From the NCBI GenBank assembly GCA_043818055.1, contig JBDRGF010000019.1, positions 1 to 11,870 of the forward strand: a stretch of 11,870 bases of DNA, written 5' to 3'. The notes beneath the pieces were generated by a model, which searched no databases, had not been told where the DNA came from, and was given only the letters and a program-made list of their open reading frames with translations. Of this stretch, positions 7,317-11,870 are shown one piece after another; position 1 is the stretch's first letter, and each line of letters starts with the position of its first letter. Source of the stretch: Pseudomonadota bacterium. Lineage in GTDB: Bacteria; UBA10199; 2-02-FULL-44-16; JBDRGF01. The position numbers and the translations under genes are program-made.

Positions 7317-7454
7317 CGCGCGGCAAGCGCGCCGGAATCATGTATCTCTCCCACTTTGCAAAACGAGCGATTTTGGAATACTCCTCGGCAATAATTTGCA
7401 AATGCGATTATTGAACAGATGAAGAGAGTTTAGGGATATGGTATAAAGACAGAA

Positions 7455-9047
7455 ATGGAAAAAACGACTATGGCAAATAATCTCAATACAACCAAAGAAC
7501 AGGAGCGCGCCGAACTGCATCGCGCCATCTGGCAGATCGCCAACGATCTGCGAGGTAGCATCGACGGCTGGGACTTCAAACAATATGTTTTGGGGATGCT
7601 TTTTTATCGCTTCATTAGTGAAAATCTCACCAGCTACATCAATGAAGACGAGCGGCGTAGCGGCAAGAAAGACTTTGACTACGCTAAACTATCAGACCAG
7701 AAGGCGGAGTTTGGTCGTGCTGATACGATAAAGGAAAAAGGGTTCTATATTTTGCCGAGTGAGCTTTTTATCAATGTCCGAGCTAAAGCGCGCCATGACG
7801 CCAACCTCAACGAAACTCTTGCAGCAATTTTTCGTGATATTGAAAGCTCGGCAAAAGGTACAGAAAGCGAGCCAGATCTCAAAGGCTTATTTGATGATCT
7901 AGATGTGAATTCCAACAAACTCGGCAACACGGTAGAGAAAAGAAATCAAAAACTGGTCAAGCTTTTGGAGGCGATCGGCGACCTGCGCCTGGGCCATTAT
8001 TACGACAACACGATCGACGCCTTCGGTGACGCCTATGAGTTTTTGATGACTATGTATGCTGCAAATGCAGGAAAGTCCGGCGGGGAATTTTTTACCCCAC
8101 AAGAAGTCAGTGAGCTACTTGCTGAGATTACAACAGTCGGCAAAAAAGAAGTGAACAAGGTTTACGATCCAGCTTGTGGTTCTGGTTCTTTGCTCCTCAA
8201 ATTCGTCAAGGTCCTCGGAAAAGAAAATGTCCGGCAAGGGTTCTTTGGGCAGGAAATCAACCTCACTATCTATAACCTCTGCCGTATCAATATGTTTTTG
8301 CACGACATCAACTACAATCACTTTGATGTTGCCCACGGTGATACACTTACCGACCCAAAGCACTGGGACGATGAGCCCTTTGACGCGATAGTTTCCAATC
8401 CACCGTATTCCATCAGGTGGGAGGGCGACGGCAATCCGCTTCTTATAAATGACCCGCGTTTTTCTCCTGCAGGAGTATTAGCGCCAAAGAGCAAGGCCGA
8501 TCTTGCTTTTACAATGCACATGCTCTCTTGGCTTTCCACCATTGGCACGGCGGCGATCGTTGAATTTCCGGGAGTGCTTTATCGAGGAGGTGCAGAGCGG
8601 AAGATCCGAAAATACCTGGTAGTTAACAACTATACCGATACCGTAATCCAGCTTCCGCCTGATCTTTTCTTCGGTACAACCATCGCCACCTGCATTATCG
8701 TGCTTAAAAAGAGTAAGAAGGACAACAAAACGCTCTTTATTGACGCATCAGCCGAATTTGTTCGCGGTGGGAATAAAAACAAACTGAGCGAGGAAAACCG
8801 TGCCAAGATACTGGATGCGTTTACCAGGCGCGCGGACATGGAGCATTTTGCGAAGCTTGTGGACAACAAAACCATCGAAGAAAACGATTACAATATCGCG
8901 GTATCGACCTATGTGGCGCAAAAAGACACCCGCGAGGCTGTAGATATTAAGGAGCTTAATACGGAGATCGCTCGAATTGTTGCGCGGCAGAATGAGCTCC
9001 GCATTGCAATCGATGCAATTGTGGCGGATATTGAAGAAACAAAATAG
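7455..9047 (+). CDS. hsdM: Type I restriction-modification system subunit M (N6-adenine methyltransferase), 530 aa
   Basis: HsdM N-terminal domain (AELHRAIWQIANDLRGSIDGWDFKQYVLGMLFYRFISE), GEFFTPQEVS, SAM-binding motif DPACGSGSLL, catalytic NPPY, EFPGVLYRGGAE. Alternative start ATG 7470. Confidence 0.97.
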   Translation: MEKTTMANNLNTTKEQERAELHRAIWQIANDLRGSIDGWDFKQYVLGMLFYRFISENLTSYINEDERRSGKKDFDYAKLSDQKAEFGRADTIKEKGFYILPSELFINVRAKARHDANLNETLAAIFRDIESSAKGTESEPDLKGLFDDLDVNSNKLGNTVEKRNQKLVKLLEAIGDLRLGHYYDNTIDAFGDAYEFLMTMYAANAGKSGGEFFTPQEVSELLAEITTVGKKEVNKVYDPACGSGSLLLKFVKVLGKENVRQGFFGQEINLTIYNLCRINMFLHDINYNHFDVAHGDTLTDPKHWDDEPFDAIVSNPPYSIRWEGDGNPLLINDPRFSPAGVLAPKSKADLAFTMHMLSWLSTIGTAAIVEFPGVLYRGGAERKIRKYLVVNNYTDTVIQLPPDLFFGTTIATCIIVLKKSKKDNKTLFIDASAEFVRGGNKNKLSEENRAKILDAFTRRADMEHFAKLVDNKTIEENDYNIAVSTYVAQKDTREAVDIKELNTEIARIVARQNELRIAIDAIVADIEETK

Positions 9048-9048
9048 T

Positions 9049-10077
9049 ATGAGTAAATCTAAAAAAACAGATAAGGCGAACAAAAAGCCGCGCCATGAAA
9101 TAATTATCTATGAAAGTGGAGATGGGATGCCGCATCTTTCTGTGCGGCTTGAAAACGAAACAGTGTGGCTCACTCAAGCACAAATGGTTGATTTGTTTCA
9201 GTCCAGCAAGGCAAATGTCAGCGAGCATATCAAACATATTTTAGAAGAGGGAGAACTAAAGAAGAATTCAGTTGTTCGGAATTTCCGAACAACTGCCTCA
9301 GACGGCAAAAACTACGATATAGAGCATTATAATCTTGATATGATTATTTCACTGGGATACCGCATTAAATCATCTATTGCTACTCGATTCAGGCAATGGG
9401 CTACCGTTCGTTTGCGGGAGTATATTGTCAAGGGTTTTACTATGGATGATGAACGGCTTAAAAAAATGGGTGGTGGTGGATATTGGAAAGAGCTCCTCGC
9501 TCGAATACGCGATATCCGTTCCAGTGAAAAGGTTTTTTATCGTCAGATTCTCGACATCTATGCCACCAGCATCGATTATGATCCAAGCTCTGATACTTCG
9601 ATGGAGTTTTTCAAGAAAGTGCAGAATAAAGTGCATTATGCCGTACACCACCACACTGCAGCCGAAATCATTTACAACCGTGCTGATGCTGAAAAGGAAT
9701 TCATGGGACTCACCACATTCCAGGGGACACGCCCCCACCTTATGGATGCCGTAATTGCTAAAAATTACCTAAGTGAAAAAGAGCTTCGCGCTCTAGGGCA
9801 GATTGTTTCGGGTTATCTTGACTTTGCGGAGCGCCAGGCGGAACGTGAAGTGCCGATGAAAATGGCGGATTGGGCGGATCACCTTGATACTATCCTGACT
9901 GCTACCGGCGAAAAACTATTACTTGATTCAGGAACCATAAGCCACGAGAAGGCAGTAGAAAAAGCAAAGGAAGAATATAAAAAGTACCAAGCTAAAACAT
10001 TGAGCGAAGTAGAACAGGCGTATCTCGACACCATTAAAACCGTTCAGAAAAAAGTTGAGAAAAAAGTAAAAGAGTAA
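9049..10077 (+). CDS. rhuM: Virulence RhuM family DNA-binding protein, 342 aa
   Basis: Motifs EIIIYESGDG, ETVWLTQAQMVDLF, NVSEHIKHILEEGEL, SVVRNFRTTASDGKNY, YNLDMIISLGYR, ATRFRQWAT, IRDIRSSEKVFYRQ, VQNKVHYA, IAKNYL. ATG 9049 is 1 nt after the hsdM stop codon. Confidence 0.92.
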   Translation: MSKSKKTDKANKKPRHEIIIYESGDGMPHLSVRLENETVWLTQAQMVDLFQSSKANVSEHIKHILEEGELKKNSVVRNFRTTASDGKNYDIEHYNLDMIISLGYRIKSSIATRFRQWATVRLREYIVKGFTMDDERLKKMGGGGYWKELLARIRDIRSSEKVFYRQILDIYATSIDYDPSSDTSMEFFKKVQNKVHYAVHHHTAAEIIYNRADAEKEFMGLTTFQGTRPHLMDAVIAKNYLSEKELRALGQIVSGYLDFAERQAEREVPMKMADWADHLDTILTATGEKLLLDSGTISHEKAVEKAKEEYKKYQAKTLSEVEQAYLDTIKTVQKKVEKKVKE

Positions 10078-10100
10078 ATGCCCAAATAAAAGAAATCACT

Positions 10101-10199
10101 ATGACCAATATGCACAGTAAAATCGCCAAGATTGTCGCCAAGCAAAATGAGATTCGCGCCGCGATTGATGAGATTGTGGCGGATATTGAAGGAAAATAG
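10101..10199 (+). pseudogene. hsdM: Duplicated 3' end of hsdM (32-codon ORF MTNMHSKIAKIVAKQNEIRAAIDEIVADIEGK)
   Basis: Aligns with the HsdM C-terminus EIARIVARQNELRIAIDAIVADIEETK. ATTGTGGCGGATATTGAAG is identical at 9018-9036 and 10173-10191, and AAAATAGTATG at 9041-9051 and 10193-10203. Confidence 0.85.
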
Positions 10200-10200
10200 T

Positions 10201-11517
10201 ATGGGAAACGATAATAAAATAGAAAGAGGTTCTGAGTGGAGAAAGTGGGATTTACACCTACATTCTTTTTCATCTTCTACACAGGAGGAATATATAAGGA
10301 AAATTAAAGATGAGAACATAGAAGTAGTTGGCCTTACTAATTATTTTAATTTCGGTGAAAATGATTGGATTTTAAAAAATAAACTCGAAGATGAAGGTAT
10401 TGTAGTTTTTTTAAATTTGGAATTAAGACTAACCTACACAAACAAAGAAGACGATTGTTGTGATTTGCACCTCATTTTTTCAAATGAATTAAAGAAGCAA
10501 GATATTGATACTTTTCTAACAAAGTTAAACTGCTCTATTTCTGGCAGAAAGAAAACGCTCAACACGGTAACAAGTGAAGATGAAAAGAAGATTGCTGTAG
10601 TGGAGTTTAATAAAGTTGATGAAACCTTAAATGACCATGCTCTTATCAATTTAAAAGATAAAGTGCTTATTGGGATGCTGTCCAGAGGTAAGGGCAGCTC
10701 GAGAAGCTCCACAATGTATGAATCATTAACCAAGGACTCAGATTTTATTATCCATTCTACAAGTAAGGTCGAAAAAATAAGTGACGACATTAAGTATTGG
10801 ACAGGGAGTGATGTAGAAAAACCCTTGGCTTGTAAAGCTTTGTTTCAAAGTAGTGATGCTCACAATGTCGATAAAATTGGAGAAAAATATTCATGGGTCA
10901 AGGGGAATCCATGTTTTGAGACTTTAAGCCAAGCTGTTGTAGATTATGAAAACAGGATTTTGATACAAGAAAGAAATCCTGCTGAAAACAAGAATTCATC
11001 CCCAGAACTTTTTATCGACAAAGATGACGACGTAAGCTTTATTACAGTTGATAACGAAGCCTTCTTTGGATTGTCGCAGACAACATTAGACTTAATAGAA
11101 AAACACATAGAGAAACTCTCTAACCAACAGATTAAAGCGTATCTAGATAGTTTGCTGACCGATTTGGCAAATAAGATTAAAACCAAGAAAAAAGAGAAAA
11201 GCGCTGTCGCAAAGAAATTGGATCCGATAAATGAGAAGTTGAAAAAAAATAAGACTATAGAAAAAATCCTAAAGGAAATCAGCAAGCTTGATGGCGAGGA
11301 AAGAGAGATAGAAAAACTAAATAAATTTGTCCAAGAATCTAACAAGAAAAAAGTAGAATTAATCGGTGAAGTCGCTGATTTGTACTTATCATTTAAAGAT
11401 AAAATAGAAGGCATAGTTCAAACGCTTAAAGATGAGTTTAATAACTTCACTCCGTATCCCGCTTTTCTCCCGGAGGAGAGCGTTCCAAAAAACGCGAGAG
11501 TGTTTTGGATAAATTGA
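10201..11517 (+). CDS. PHP-domain protein of the TrlF/Ppl-like PHP-ATPase type, apparently internally deleted and 3'-truncated, 438 aa
   Basis: N-terminal RGSEWRKWDLHLHS, GLTNYF, NLELR, DLHLIFS, SSDAH and YSWVKGNPCFETL match the PHP module of PHP-ATPase fusions. A coiled-coil follows, but no Walker A/B or ABC signature is visible. ATG 10201 is 1 nt after the stop of the duplicated hsdM tail. Confidence 0.75.
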   Translation: MGNDNKIERGSEWRKWDLHLHSFSSSTQEEYIRKIKDENIEVVGLTNYFNFGENDWILKNKLEDEGIVVFLNLELRLTYTNKEDDCCDLHLIFSNELKKQDIDTFLTKLNCSISGRKKTLNTVTSEDEKKIAVVEFNKVDETLNDHALINLKDKVLIGMLSRGKGSSRSSTMYESLTKDSDFIIHSTSKVEKISDDIKYWTGSDVEKPLACKALFQSSDAHNVDKIGEKYSWVKGNPCFETLSQAVVDYENRILIQERNPAENKNSSPELFIDKDDDVSFITVDNEAFFGLSQTTLDLIEKHIEKLSNQQIKAYLDSLLTDLANKIKTKKKEKSAVAKKLDPINEKLKKNKTIEKILKEISKLDGEEREIEKLNKFVQESNKKKVELIGEVADLYLSFKDKIEGIVQTLKDEFNNFTPYPAFLPEESVPKNARVFWIN

Positions 11518-11564
11518 TCCGCTTTTTTGAGCGGTTCTTTGATATTTCTGGTGGAAAGATTTAA
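11451..11564 (+). pseudogene. hsdR: Remnant of the extreme 3' end of a type I restriction subunit R gene
   Basis: A frame different from the PHP ORF reads SVSRFSPGGERSKKRESVLDKLIRFFERFFDISGGKI*, resembling the C-terminus of EcoR124I-like HsdR proteins (PVSRF..G.R..K...V..KL..FF.RF). An in-frame stop at 11442-11444 lies just upstream and there is no plausible start. Recognised from memory of the family. Confidence 0.7.
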
Positions 11565-11575
11565 TGGAGTATTAA

Positions 11576-11674
11576 ATGTCCCAATACTACAAAATACCAC
11601 GCCATAAGGATTGGAATTATGTTTCGGGGATTGAAACAGAATTGATTAAGGAAGTTTATAATCTGATGCAATAA
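11576..11674 (+). other. 32-codon mini-ORF (MSQYYKIPRHKDWNYVSGIETELIKEVYNLMQ), possible deletion remnant
   Basis: GGAG SD at 11566-11569, 6 nt before ATG 11576, directly after the hsdR-like stop codon; ends in tandem TAA TAA. Confidence 0.35.
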
Positions 11675-11711
11675 TAAACGTACCAAGTTCAAATTGTAGA
11701 GGAATTTGTTT

Positions 11712-11870
11712 ATGAATAAAGAAAACATACAGTCACAGGTTTTGCTTTATCAAACCGAAGATGGACAGGCGAAGCTCCAAGTGACTATGCAAAATGAAAC
11801 CGTCTGGTTGACGCAGGATCAGATGGCAGAATTGTTCGAAAAAGGCAGAAGCACGATTACGGAGCATATT
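11712..11870 (+). CDS. rhuM: Second RhuM family protein, N-terminal part (runs off window)
   Basis: MNKENIQSQVLLYQTEDGQAKLQVTMQNETVWLTQDQMAELFEKGRSTITEHI aligns with the N-terminus of the 9049 protein; SD AGAGGA at 11698-11703; frame is open to the window end. Confidence 0.85.
   Translation, partial: MNKENIQSQVLLYQTEDGQAKLQVTMQNETVWLTQDQMAELFEKGRSTITEHI

Noticed and set aside
8977..9048. ORF-track N-terminal extensions of rhuM (8977) and of the PHP gene (10132)
   Set aside because: Both (QLWRILKKQNSM and RLWRILKENSM) are off-frame readings of the two hsdM tails; the likely starts are ATG 9049 and ATG 10201.
11450..11540. Three adjacent hairpins (CTCCG/CGGAG, TCCAAAA/TTTTGGA, CCGCT/AGCGG) as an ncRNA or terminator
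   Set aside because: Stems are short and the segment is better explained as hsdR-like coding remnant; weak terminator activity cannot be excluded.
6261..11600. Antisense and alternative-frame ORFs over yhcG, hsdM, rhuM and the PHP gene
   Set aside because: Shadow ORFs of well-supported plus-strand genes with no independent motifs.

Overview
Bacterial window with two parts. The left part (1-5360) encodes a secreted beta-helix-like surface protein with a Gly-rich/Cys/TM/basic C-terminal sorting signal, a small coupled ORF, and a large convergent Ser/Thr kinase-STAND-like ATPase-TPR protein. This gene content suggests a deltaproteobacterial/Myxococcota-like host, which is an inference. The right part (5380-11870) is a defence-type island: a YhcG/DUF1016 nuclease gene bracketed by two colinear ~320-340 bp mosaic direct repeats rich in palindromes and short tandem repeats, an intact type I R-M hsdM, a RhuM-family gene, a second copy of the hsdM 3' end, a PHP-domain (TrlF/Ppl-like) gene with no ATPase motifs, a 37-codon remnant resembling the HsdR C-terminus, a 32-codon mini-ORF and the start of a second RhuM-family gene. 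The most notable signals are the cassette-like organisation (duplicated hsdM tail as a gene junction; duplicated leader module around yhcG) and apparent serial deletions that leave hsdM without hsdS or a full hsdR in this window. All family calls come from motif recognition; no searches were run.
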